From: a bacterium
Lineage (GTDB): Bacteria; Zhuqueibacterota; Zhuqueibacteria; Residuimicrobiales; Krinioviventaceae
Assembly (NCBI GenBank): GCA_963693055.1
Contig: OY843751.1
Span: forward strand, 480,001 to 544,000
Reading direction: 5' to 3'
Length of the DNA stretch: 64,000 nucleotides
Position numbers and translations under genes: made by a program. Numbering within the stretch: the stretch's first letter is position 1; the number at the start of each line of letters is the position of its first letter. Shown here one piece after another: positions 28,785-36,598 of the stretch. Below the pieces are notes generated by a model that was given only the letters and a program-made list of their open reading frames with translations, made no database searches and was not told where the DNA came from.

Positions 28785-29589
28785 GCCTTTAAATCGTTAT
28801 GAATCAATAGCTAAGCGTAGCTTTCAAAATGCGATTATTCGATTACTGGAAGAAAATTATAAAATGCTGGGAAGCCACAAAGTCATCCGGATGATTGCGG
28901 AAGATATTGTCGCATTGCAAAATGAATTTTATCCAGAGCTGGAAAAGAAAAGTTTTGGTCAGATTATCTGGCGGACAACCAAAGCGACAAACCGAAAGCC
29001 AAGCTATGGCACAAAAGCGGAAGATTATGAGGTTCAGACAGTTGTGCTACCGTTGGTAACAGATGCGGATATTGACAATCGTATCAAAAGCCATTATTCT
29101 TATCCCCCAAAAGATGGCAGTGCTAATTATGAAAAACAAACAGAACGGGATATTAAAGTAATGGCGCGGTTATGCAAGAGTGCGGCAGAACAGGGCGGCT
29201 GGTTGACAGGTGCAGAACTCAGTGTATTGTTGAATCGCTCATTAAACACTATTGGTCGGTATATGACAATTTATCATGAAACGCATGATGATATATTGCC
29301 GACTAAAGGAATGATGCTGGATCAGGGCAGTAAGCCGACGCATAAAGCCGCAATTATAGATTTGTACGAGCAGGGATATCCCGAACCGGATATCGCCCGG
29401 ATTACAAATCACACAATTGAATCAACGAGTCGGTATTTAAAGAGTTACAAGAACGTAAAATCATTATTGGAAAAAGGTTTTAATTTAATGGAAATGGTAA
29501 GAATAACCGGATTAGGACGGAGTACAATATTACAATACCGTGATCTGGTTTATCATTATCATTCAGATTTAATACAAAAGAAAACTTGA
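28774..29589 (+). CDS. DUF1670-like protein, subtype B (element 1)
   Basis: GQIIW, A.EQGG.LT..EL..LL, LPTKG...DQG...THK..II.LY..G, HT..S..RY; RBS aaggagg; overlaps the end of A. Confidence 0.8.
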   Translation: MKTKPLNRYESIAKRSFQNAIIRLLEENYKMLGSHKVIRMIAEDIVALQNEFYPELEKKSFGQIIWRTTKATNRKPSYGTKAEDYEVQTVVLPLVTDADIDNRIKSHYSYPPKDGSANYEKQTERDIKVMARLCKSAAEQGGWLTGAELSVLLNRSLNTIGRYMTIYHETHDDILPTKGMMLDQGSKPTHKAAIIDLYEQGYPEPDIARITNHTIESTSRYLKSYKNVKSLLEKGFNLMEMVRITGLGRSTILQYRDLVYHYHSDLIQKKT

Positions 29590-29862
29590 AAATTTGAAAA
29601 GGAATTAATAGGTTAGGTTGTCATTGTTTTTCAGCTAACTCCAGTCGCCCTACGAGCTCCTTTCGTTAGCTGAAAAAATGAATAAATGTTCTAATCTTAA
29701 AAACAACCTACCGGAAATATTTCCTAAACGTAAATAGTATCATATGACCAGAGGAGAAAAAGAAATTTATAAAACCCCCTAAAAATACAACGGAGCGTCA
29801 GATCATTAATAAATTTGGTGATCTGTCATTCTGAAAGTAATAAAAGGGAAATATAAAAGCAA

Positions 29863-30687
29863 CTAATTGTTCTTTGAAAGATTCAACTGACTCCTTTGAT
29901 TTTTAATTTTATCAGGCAAAAGATCAACATATTGTTGTATGACACGTTTGGAAAGTCTTGCCAGCTGGCTGATTTGATCAAGGTTTTTAATGTCATGCTT
30001 CCAAAGTAATTCAACACGATGGTAATCTTTGATATACCTGTCAACCGCTTCGTTGCTGTGTTTGGTTTTCAAAGCGATTTCGGGAGTGAGATATCCCTCA
30101 AGATACAGAGTGATAATTTCGCGTTTATGAGTAATAGCGCCGGAAAGATCATGGATGTTGCCACGCGTTGGTAAGAGATGCCCTTCTTTTTGGATTTCAT
30201 TTACATATTTACTGACAACGGCATCACAGACACCGAGTAACATAGCCAGGTCAAGTTGAGTAAGCAGAGCACCTTGATCAAAAGCTTCATCAACCCAACG
30301 TTTGAGGCGTCTTTTCCTTAAAGTTTTGGAATCAAAACCATGCGCGATATGAGAAGTATCCTGATCAGTAATGAAAGAGAGGACAACGGGTTTCATTCGG
30401 GTAGCGGCAATACTTTTTCCGCGTTTGGGGTATTCATCGACAGGAACAGCCATCCAGACGAGTTGCCCATAGTGAATATGGTGCAAGTCATCATCAATAG
30501 AGGAGACAAGGAAATAGTCATCAATGATTTTAAGGATATCATCAATGATGGCATTGGCAGTGATGGCTCCTTTGTCATAGCCATAGCTATTCAAAAAGTT
30601 GTACAGTAGTAACTGCTTGAGATCTTTATCTTTAAGTCGTCTCATTTTTTTGAGTTGAATTTGTTCTTTAGTCAAAGGTTTACTCAT
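29863..30687 (-). CDS. DUF1670-like protein, subtype B (element 2)
   Basis: GQLVW, AFDQGALLTQ.DLAMLL, LPTRG..HD....THK..II.LY..G, HS....RY; ATG 30687 follows aggagg. Confidence 0.8.
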   Translation of the reverse strand: MSKPLTKEQIQLKKMRRLKDKDLKQLLLYNFLNSYGYDKGAITANAIIDDILKIIDDYFLVSSIDDDLHHIHYGQLVWMAVPVDEYPKRGKSIAATRMKPVVLSFITDQDTSHIAHGFDSKTLRKRRLKRWVDEAFDQGALLTQLDLAMLLGVCDAVVSKYVNEIQKEGHLLPTRGNIHDLSGAITHKREIITLYLEGYLTPEIALKTKHSNEAVDRYIKDYHRVELLWKHDIKNLDQISQLARLSKRVIQQYVDLLPDKIKNQRSQLNLSKNN

Positions 30688-31519
30688 TTTCTTTGCCTCC
30701 TGATAGATGTTGAGGAATGGATTTTTTTTTCGCGTCGCCACCAGGTTCCGCAGGAGATAACAGATCGTTTAATCGCGTATTGTTTTGTTGAAGATAGGTT
30801 TGGTAGAGTTGGATATACTCGCGCACCAGGCGGTCGGATTTCTTTGCAATGAGTCGAATCTGGTTCGGAGAGAAATTTTCCTTGTATAAAAGGGCGATCT
30901 GCATAAAGTCAGCGAGGTAACGTTTGATGCTGGTTTCAGAATGATTGGTTTTTTGTTCTATTTCTGAAAAGGTATAACCTTTAAGATACAGATCAATAAT
31001 GATGGTTTTATGAGACAGTCCGGGACCCATGTCATGTTTCATACCTCGTGTCATGATAAACATACCGTGATGACGGAGATGATAAATGTCACGTTTAACA
31101 GTGGCCGGACTGGTGGTTAAAAGCATTGCCAGGTCTTCATAGCTGAGTAAAGCACCCTGATCATAGGCTTGTCGAGTCAGACGGGCGATCCGGTGTCGTC
31201 TAAGTCCGGCAAGGCCATAATTAGCCAGGGCTTGCAGATCTGTATTAAAGTCAATTAGTTTGAGACGGACCGTAAGCTTTCGGGTTAATCTGATATGTTT
31301 GCCGGCTGGTTCTTCAGCGGCAACAGCTTCATAAGCGACTTCACCTCCTGATAATGAAATGTTGGAATGTTCCTGAAAGTATTGGTCAAATTGTTGATAG
31401 TAAGCTTCGGCAATAATAGGAGTCAAATTGAAATCCTGAGACAGTTTTTGGACAATAGCGTTTTTAGCTGTCTTGGATTCGAGTCTTTTTAAACCATAAT
31501 TATTTTTAACATCTGCCAT
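30680..31519 (-). CDS. DUF1670-like protein, subtype A (element 2)
   Basis: AYDQGALLSYEDLAMLL..S.ATV.RDI, TRG..HDMG...SHK..II.LY..G, HS..SI.RY; ATG 31519 follows aggaga. Confidence 0.8.
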   Translation of the reverse strand: MADVKNNYGLKRLESKTAKNAIVQKLSQDFNLTPIIAEAYYQQFDQYFQEHSNISLSGGEVAYEAVAAEEPAGKHIRLTRKLTVRLKLIDFNTDLQALANYGLAGLRRHRIARLTRQAYDQGALLSYEDLAMLLTTSPATVKRDIYHLRHHGMFIMTRGMKHDMGPGLSHKTIIIDLYLKGYTFSEIEQKTNHSETSIKRYLADFMQIALLYKENFSPNQIRLIAKKSDRLVREYIQLYQTYLQQNNTRLNDLLSPAEPGGDAKKKSIPQHLSGGKENE

Positions 31520-31596
31520 AAGAATCTCCTTATTTCTGTTTTTATTAAAACAATGATTCCTATGGTCATATGCACTAAACTTTAAATAGTTTATAG

Positions 31597-31620
31597 AGCA
31601 GAGGTGCAAACCTCTGCTTT
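31597..31620 (+). terminator. GNRA-loop hairpin, probably the original 3' structure of the T9SS gene
   Basis: AGCAGAGGT-GCAA-ACCTCTGCT-TT. Confidence 0.55.
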
Positions 31621-31649
31621 CCGGTTTGTAATCATACGAGGATAATAAT

Positions 31650-32474
31650 ATGAAAACAAAATGGATTATGCTCTATACTGTTTTGCTCTTTGTAATGTTT
31701 TTGGGTTGCAAGGCAAAAACGTACGAGTGTTACGAGTTGAACAGCAAAATCACGATTAATGGTAATAACGCTGATTGGGAAAAAATTCCCCAGTTATACG
31801 ATGAAGACAATGAAACCGTATTTGCGTTTGCTAAAAACGATTCATTTGTGTTTGTTATGATCAGCTTTAACAATGAGAGCATGGTCCACAAGTTTACCAT
31901 GGGCGGTGGTGGAATCTGGTGGAGTGCTGATGGGAAAAAGGAAGAAGCGTTTGGGTTGTTCTATCCTCCTGTAACTCCGGTAGCCATGGGAGAACAGGGA
32001 CGACGACCGCAGATGGAGCGTAATTTAAATACAAATCAGTCACGCCCAGGTGAGACACGTGGTGGTGGTATGATGCAGGATGTTCCCTGGAATTTGATTA
32101 CTCCACGTTTTGTAAACAATACAACCGGTCAGGAAAAAAGTTGGAGTGAAGAACCCTTTGTTGCTACGGCAGGTGCTCAGGATAAAACAGGTGTATGTTT
32201 TGAATTCAAAATTCCGTCATCAAAGATATCCGAAAATGGAATTGATCTGGCTGCCAAAGAATTTTATGTAGGTTTGGAAATTTCCGGCGTTGTAATGAAA
32301 TCCAAGGACAGACCCGAAGGTGGTCCTGGTGGTGGTATGGGCGGCCCCCTCAGAGGTGGTATGGGAGGCGGATCGGGTGGAGGTCCGGGGGTATCTCGAG
32401 TCAGCGATATGTCCAAAGATACAAAAGAATGGTTCAAGCTGATCAATATCATTTTTCAATCAAAGGCTAATTAA
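31650..32474 (+). CDS. Hypothetical lipoprotein with Gly/Met/Pro-rich segments
   Basis: Lipobox FLGC; ITINGN.ADW (CBM9/DOMON-like start); GGPGGGMGG tail. Confidence 0.75.
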   Translation: MKTKWIMLYTVLLFVMFLGCKAKTYECYELNSKITINGNNADWEKIPQLYDEDNETVFAFAKNDSFVFVMISFNNESMVHKFTMGGGGIWWSADGKKEEAFGLFYPPVTPVAMGEQGRRPQMERNLNTNQSRPGETRGGGMMQDVPWNLITPRFVNNTTGQEKSWSEEPFVATAGAQDKTGVCFEFKIPSSKISENGIDLAAKEFYVGLEISGVVMKSKDRPEGGPGGGMGGPLRGGMGGGSGGGPGVSRVSDMSKDTKEWFKLINIIFQSKAN

Positions 32475-32561
32475 ATGATTGTTATTACCATTTATTTTAC
32501 ATTTTTGTTGGGAAAATGTAAAATCTTGGAACAATAAAGTTACTTATACGTTTAAGTTCTT

Positions 32562-32626
32562 AACAACCTTTACCCAGGTTAATATTAGAAGGACAGTTGC
32601 CCTACCCAGCGGCTGTCCTTTTTTTT
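32562..32626 (+). ncRNA. Candidate sRNA 1 (two hairpins, UACCC loops)
   Basis: Promoter GAAC-N16-CGTT (32529-52); aacct-TTACCC-aggtt; aaggacagttgc-CCTACCCA-gcggctgtcctt plus T-run. Confidence 0.6.
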
Positions 32627-32767
32627 AGTTAATGTTGGCTATTGTACAATTTTTTGATTCTATTTTTAGAAAAAAAGTTTTTATAAATTTTTTTTAATTT
32701 AGTGGTTATTTTTTTAAATTTTGCGTATTTTTTCTGAACTTTTTTGCATGTAATACGTTATAAATAA

Positions 32768-32838
32768 AACAACCCCTTTACCCGGGTTGATAGCAGAAGG
32801 ACAGTCGCTCCTACCCAGTGGCTGTCCTTTATTTTTTT
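32768..32838 (+). ncRNA. Candidate sRNA 2, paralog of sRNA 1
   Basis: Promoter GAAC-N16-CGTT (32736-59); caaccc-CTTTACCC-gggttg; aaggacagtcgct-CCTACCC-agtggctgtcctt plus T-rich tail. Confidence 0.6.
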
Positions 32839-32885
32839 AATTGTGAATTTAATTGAACTTTTTTTTATATGCATGGTTGAAATAA

Positions 32886-32952
32886 TATACCCTCCATTAT
32901 CCCTTTATAGTCAAGAGGGCGGTTGTTTTGGATAAACAACTGCCCTTTTTTT
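32886..32952 (+). ncRNA. Candidate sRNA 3 (divergent)
   Basis: Promoter GAAC-N16-GGTT (32855-78); 5' TACCC and TATCCC; terminator agggcggttgttt-tggat-aaacaactgccct plus T-run. Confidence 0.45.
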
Positions 32953-33025
32953 ATGGGATTAATTGAATAGAGTCACCTGTTTTATCATTTATTGTTTGGA
33001 AATAAATGATAAACTGGAGGGTAAT

Positions 33026-33568
33026 ATGAAAAGAATAATCATTGGTGTTGTATTGGCTTCGATTGCTTCCTTTGCATGGGGCGCGTTTTACTGGATGGGT
33101 CCGTTGAGTGCTAATGCGTTCAATATTCAACCAGATGATAACAAGCTCCGAACTGCTTTAAAAGATGCTTTGCCGGAAAACGGAACGTTTTTCGTCCCAA
33201 ATCCCAATATGGACCAGGCCCATCATGCAAAGCTGCATGAAGAAGGGCCCATTGCCATGATCCATTTTATTCGTGATGGTAAGCCGTCAAATATGGGTGC
33301 GTTTATGGGATTTGGGTTCTTGATAAATATGTCCCTGGCTGCGTTTCTTGCCGTATTGTTGAAACTCAGTGCTCCCCGGTTGTCTGGTTATGGTAAGCGG
33401 GTTGGTTTTGTAGCACTGATTGGTCTGGCAGCATCCGTTTTCACCCGGATTGGTGGTGGCGTTTGGTGGTATCACAATGCAGCATGGGTATCCGTTATGT
33501 TCTTTTATGATTTGACTATTTATATTATCATCGGGCTGGTTTTGGCTAAATTCGTTAGATCCGAATAA
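33026..33568 (+). CDS. Hypothetical membrane protein
   Basis: ATG follows ggaggg; about 4 TM segments. Confidence 0.7.
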   Translation: MKRIIIGVVLASIASFAWGAFYWMGPLSANAFNIQPDDNKLRTALKDALPENGTFFVPNPNMDQAHHAKLHEEGPIAMIHFIRDGKPSNMGAFMGFGFLINMSLAAFLAVLLKLSAPRLSGYGKRVGFVALIGLAASVFTRIGGGVWWYHNAAWVSVMFFYDLTIYIIIGLVLAKFVRSE

Positions 33569-33635
33569 AAAGGACTTGATAAAATGCCCGGTATGTTCTA
33601 ATTTGTATTTTATTGAAAAGAAAGGAATTTAAATT

Positions 33636-34400
33636 ATGGGTTGGCTGGGCAAAGCCATTGGCGGATCTTTGGGGTTTATGGTAGGTGGACCTTTTGGTGC
33701 TATTTTCGGTGCAGTGTTGGGGCACCAGTTTGATAAAACACAGACCTATTCACCCTATGACGGGCAACAACAGCGCCAATCATTTACGGATCAGGAAAAA
33801 AGTCAGGCTGTCTTTTTTGTTTCCACATTTTCTCTGCTTGCCAAGCTTGCAAGAGCAGATGGCAAGGTAACGCGTGAAGAAATTAATGTTATTGATGATT
33901 ATATAAAAAACTATTTGAATTTTGACAATGACGCGCGTGACATGGCGGTCAAGATATTTAATGTTGCCAAAGATTCAAACGAAACGTTTGATGCCTTTGC
34001 ACAGCAGTTTTACGGATTGTTCCGTAATGACCGGCAAATGCTCTACAGTATGCTGGAACTGCTGGTACGTGTAGCCAAAGCAGATGGAAATATTCATTCC
34101 AGTGAAGAGCAGATGCTACAACGGGCCGCAATTATTTTCAATATTGGAACGGCAGAATATGAACGAATAAAGGGTATGCATGTTCAGGATAATAATAAAT
34201 ATTATGCAATTCTGGGTGCAACGCCAAATGACACAGACGATGAAATTAAAAAGAAATACCGGCAACTGGTGAAAGAATATCACCCCGATGCTGTTATTGC
34301 CAAGGGAATGCCTGAAGAATTTATAAAATTTGCGACCGAGAAATTCAAAGAAATTCAGGAAGCTTATGATAACGTTATGAAAGAACGCAAAGCTGCCTGA
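33636..34400 (+). CDS. djlA: DnaJ-like co-chaperone (TerB-like domain plus J domain)
   Basis: MGWLGK.IGG.LG..GG.FGA..GA.LGH.FD, LA.ADG.V...E, C-terminal J domain with HPD. Confidence 0.9.
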   Translation: MGWLGKAIGGSLGFMVGGPFGAIFGAVLGHQFDKTQTYSPYDGQQQRQSFTDQEKSQAVFFVSTFSLLAKLARADGKVTREEINVIDDYIKNYLNFDNDARDMAVKIFNVAKDSNETFDAFAQQFYGLFRNDRQMLYSMLELLVRVAKADGNIHSSEEQMLQRAAIIFNIGTAEYERIKGMHVQDNNKYYAILGATPNDTDDEIKKKYRQLVKEYHPDAVIAKGMPEEFIKFATEKFKEIQEAYDNVMKERKAA

Positions 34401-34432
34401 TTGAACGTTGGACCTATTTAATACCATGGAGA

Positions 34433-35341
34433 GTGTCTATGAAAATTTATGATAAAGATATTTCAAGACGCCAGTTTATCAAGGTAACGGCGGGTGCTGC
34501 CGGTGCTGCCAGTTTAAGCAATGTGGCGCACGCGGCAGATAAAAAGCAAAAACGATCAGCCACAGATAGAGTAACTTTGGGTAAATCCGGATTAGTGGTC
34601 AGCAGACTTGCCATGGGCACCGGTTCGCAAAACGGCAAGGTGCAACGGCAACTGGGACAGGATGGTTTTAATGCTCTGGTACAATATGCATATGATCAGG
34701 GAATAACATTCTTCGATACCGCGGAAAACTATCCCGGCATGCATGATATGCTGGGCATTGCATTAAAAGGCTTTGACCGTGATAAAATTCAGATTCAGAC
34801 CAAAATGCCGTGGTGGAAATCTCCCAATCCGCAAAAAGAACTGGACCGCTATCGTAAACAATTGAATTCCGATTATTTTGATACCCTGCTGATCCATTGT
34901 GTGACCACACCCGATTGGGACGATACCCAGAAATACATCATGGATTTTTTGATGGAAGCCAAAGAGAAACAGTTGGTAAAAGCACCAGGAGTCTCGATCC
35001 ATGGCAGACTACCGTTAAAGACCGCTACGCTGGACGATTGGGGCGATGTGCGTATGGTGCGCATTAATCATGTCGGAGCCAGTATGGATGTTGCGGCCCA
35101 GGGAGAACAACCGGATGTGAATGCAATTGTGGCAAATGTTAAAAAAATGCACGACAGCGGCAAGGGCATAATCGGTATGAAACTCATTGGTAACGGCAAG
35201 TTCAAAGATCCCCAGCTCCGCAAAGATGCCATGAAATTTGTAATGGGACTGGATTGCGTGGATGCGGTTTCAATCGGGTTCAAGAGTCCCGCAGAAATCG
35301 ATGAAGCTATTGGAAATATGAATACGTATTTGAATATCTAA
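34433..35341 (+). CDS. Tat-exported aldo/keto reductase
   Basis: SRRQFIK Tat motif; LGKSG..VS.L..GT, GITFFDTAENY. Confidence 0.88.
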   Translation: MSMKIYDKDISRRQFIKVTAGAAGAASLSNVAHAADKKQKRSATDRVTLGKSGLVVSRLAMGTGSQNGKVQRQLGQDGFNALVQYAYDQGITFFDTAENYPGMHDMLGIALKGFDRDKIQIQTKMPWWKSPNPQKELDRYRKQLNSDYFDTLLIHCVTTPDWDDTQKYIMDFLMEAKEKQLVKAPGVSIHGRLPLKTATLDDWGDVRMVRINHVGASMDVAAQGEQPDVNAIVANVKKMHDSGKGIIGMKLIGNGKFKDPQLRKDAMKFVMGLDCVDAVSIGFKSPAEIDEAIGNMNTYLNI

Positions 35342-35378
35342 GTTTTCAGTTGTTAGAAATCAGTAATCAGAAATAGAT

Positions 35379-35416
35379 AAATCCCTCCAAGTATTCGTGT
35401 TTGGGGGGATTTTTTT
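35379..35416. terminator. Hairpin terminator between convergent aldo/keto reductase genes
   Basis: aaatccctccaa...ttgggggattttttt. Confidence 0.55.
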
Positions 35417-35518
35417 GTTTGAACCATTTTACTGCAATCTGCTCGTGACAGAGATCATCTCTGTCACGAATTCAAGTCTTTTTGTTTATAGAAATAATCC
35501 TAAAATTAGCTGGCTTGA

Positions 35519-36472
35519 TCAAGCGGTCCTGAACAGTGGTTCTACCTGTTTGGCAGCCTGGGCCAGCATGTCCATTTCTTTGTCTGAGAGTGGGGTAATG
35601 TTGGATGCTATATCCAGTGCCCGTGGAAAGAACAAGGGTTCACCGGGCGGGATGGCCGCGGTCACACCCTGTGCAAAGGTGAATCTCAGGGCAATATCTG
35701 CAAGCTGATCATCCTCAATGGAAATGGGATGGTACCAGCACTTGTCATACATTTTTTCATCACCTTCCTGAATCCTTCCGCCTGCCAAGCCTTTTAAGGC
35801 CAGAATTCCCATATTGCGTTCTTTGGCTTTAGCAACAGCCTTGTGGGCAAAATTGCCCTGCAGCCATGTGGCGTAATTGATGGGCATGAGAATGGTATCA
35901 AAATCATATTTTTCCATCGCCAACAGGGCCGCTTCTTCGCTGTGGGCCGAGAATCCCACATAACGGATTTTTCCATCTCGCTGGGCTTTGTGAAATACTT
36001 CCATAGCGCCATCAGGACCAAATACCTGCTCAACATCCTCAATCGAAGAGAGTGCGTGCAGCTGGTACAGATCAAAATGGTCGGTGCGCATGTTTTTCAG
36101 AGACTGGTCCAGTTCTTCCTGTGCGCCGGCTCTGTCTCTCTTGTTGGTTTTGCAGGCAAGAAAAGCGTTTTTACGAAAAGGCTCTAATGCGGGTCCCAGT
36201 TTTAATTCGGCATTGCCATAAGAGGGGGCAACATCAAAATAATTTATGCCGCGGTCCACAGCTTGTGCAACCGCGCTATTGGCATTGTTTTGCTCTTCGT
36301 CCATAACCAGTATGCCCCCAAAACCAATTGCAGAGAGCATTTCGCCGGTACGTCCAAGTTGTCGTTTGGGGATGCTTTTTGTCCCTGCATCACCGGTACA
36401 ACTCAACAAAGTAGCCAAAGAAATAGCAGCGCTTCCGGTTAAACCCGATTTTATAAAGTCTCTTCTCTCCAT
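35519..36472 (-). CDS. Tat-exported aldo/keto reductase
   Basis: RRDFIK; LGRTG..LS.IGFGG, GINYFDVAPSYG, DHFDLYQLH. Confidence 0.9.
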   Translation of the reverse strand: MERRDFIKSGLTGSAAISLATLLSCTGDAGTKSIPKRQLGRTGEMLSAIGFGGILVMDEEQNNANSAVAQAVDRGINYFDVAPSYGNAELKLGPALEPFRKNAFLACKTNKRDRAGAQEELDQSLKNMRTDHFDLYQLHALSSIEDVEQVFGPDGAMEVFHKAQRDGKIRYVGFSAHSEEAALLAMEKYDFDTILMPINYATWLQGNFAHKAVAKAKERNMGILALKGLAGGRIQEGDEKMYDKCWYHPISIEDDQLADIALRFTFAQGVTAAIPPGEPLFFPRALDIASNITPLSDKEMDMLAQAAKQVEPLFRTA

Positions 36473-36598
36473 AAAAACTCCTTACAGATGCTATTTTTTT
36501 ATTTCAGGATGAAACAAGCGCTGAAATATTACGTTTGCATTTATAACAGGTTCATTATATATTAACATTGAAAGATATGTAATTATTGCGGAATTGCA

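Larger units (their letters stand above)
27852..29724 (+). mobile_element. Putative IS-like element 1 encoding a DUF1670-like A/B pair
   Basis: Terminal IRs GGAAAATTTTCCGGTAGGTT (27852-71) and AACCTACCGGAAATATTTCC (29705-24), 18/20 match; TAA on both outer sides (27849-51, 29725-27). Confidence 0.8.
29735..31577 (-). mobile_element. Putative IS-like element 2 encoding a DUF1670-like A/B pair
   Basis: Imperfect terminal IRs TAGTATCATATGACCAGAGGA (29735-55) and TCCTATGGTCATATGCACTA (31558-77), perfect core CATATGACCA; 8-bp direct repeat TAAATAGT at 29731-38 and 31583-90. Confidence 0.7.

Noticed and set aside
31520-31609. ORF-track N-terminal extension MHLCS... of the element-2 A gene
   Set aside because: It crosses the terminal IR; ATG 31519 has an AGGAGA RBS and gives a length matching the paralog.
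27859-31625. 8-bp direct repeat TTTCCGGT (27859-66, 31618-25) as the boundary of a single four-gene element
   Set aside because: The left copy lies inside the 20-bp IR of element 1, and two separate IR pairs explain the region better. Not formally excluded without an empty allele.
32560-32840. CRISPR array or simple duplicated terminators
   Set aside because: Only two similar units about 205 bp apart, no spacer periodicity and no cas genes. Each unit has its own promoter motif and no upstream ORF.
35341-35378. Short heptamer-like repeats (atcagta atcagaa)
   Set aside because: Too short and degenerate to call; no associated gene.
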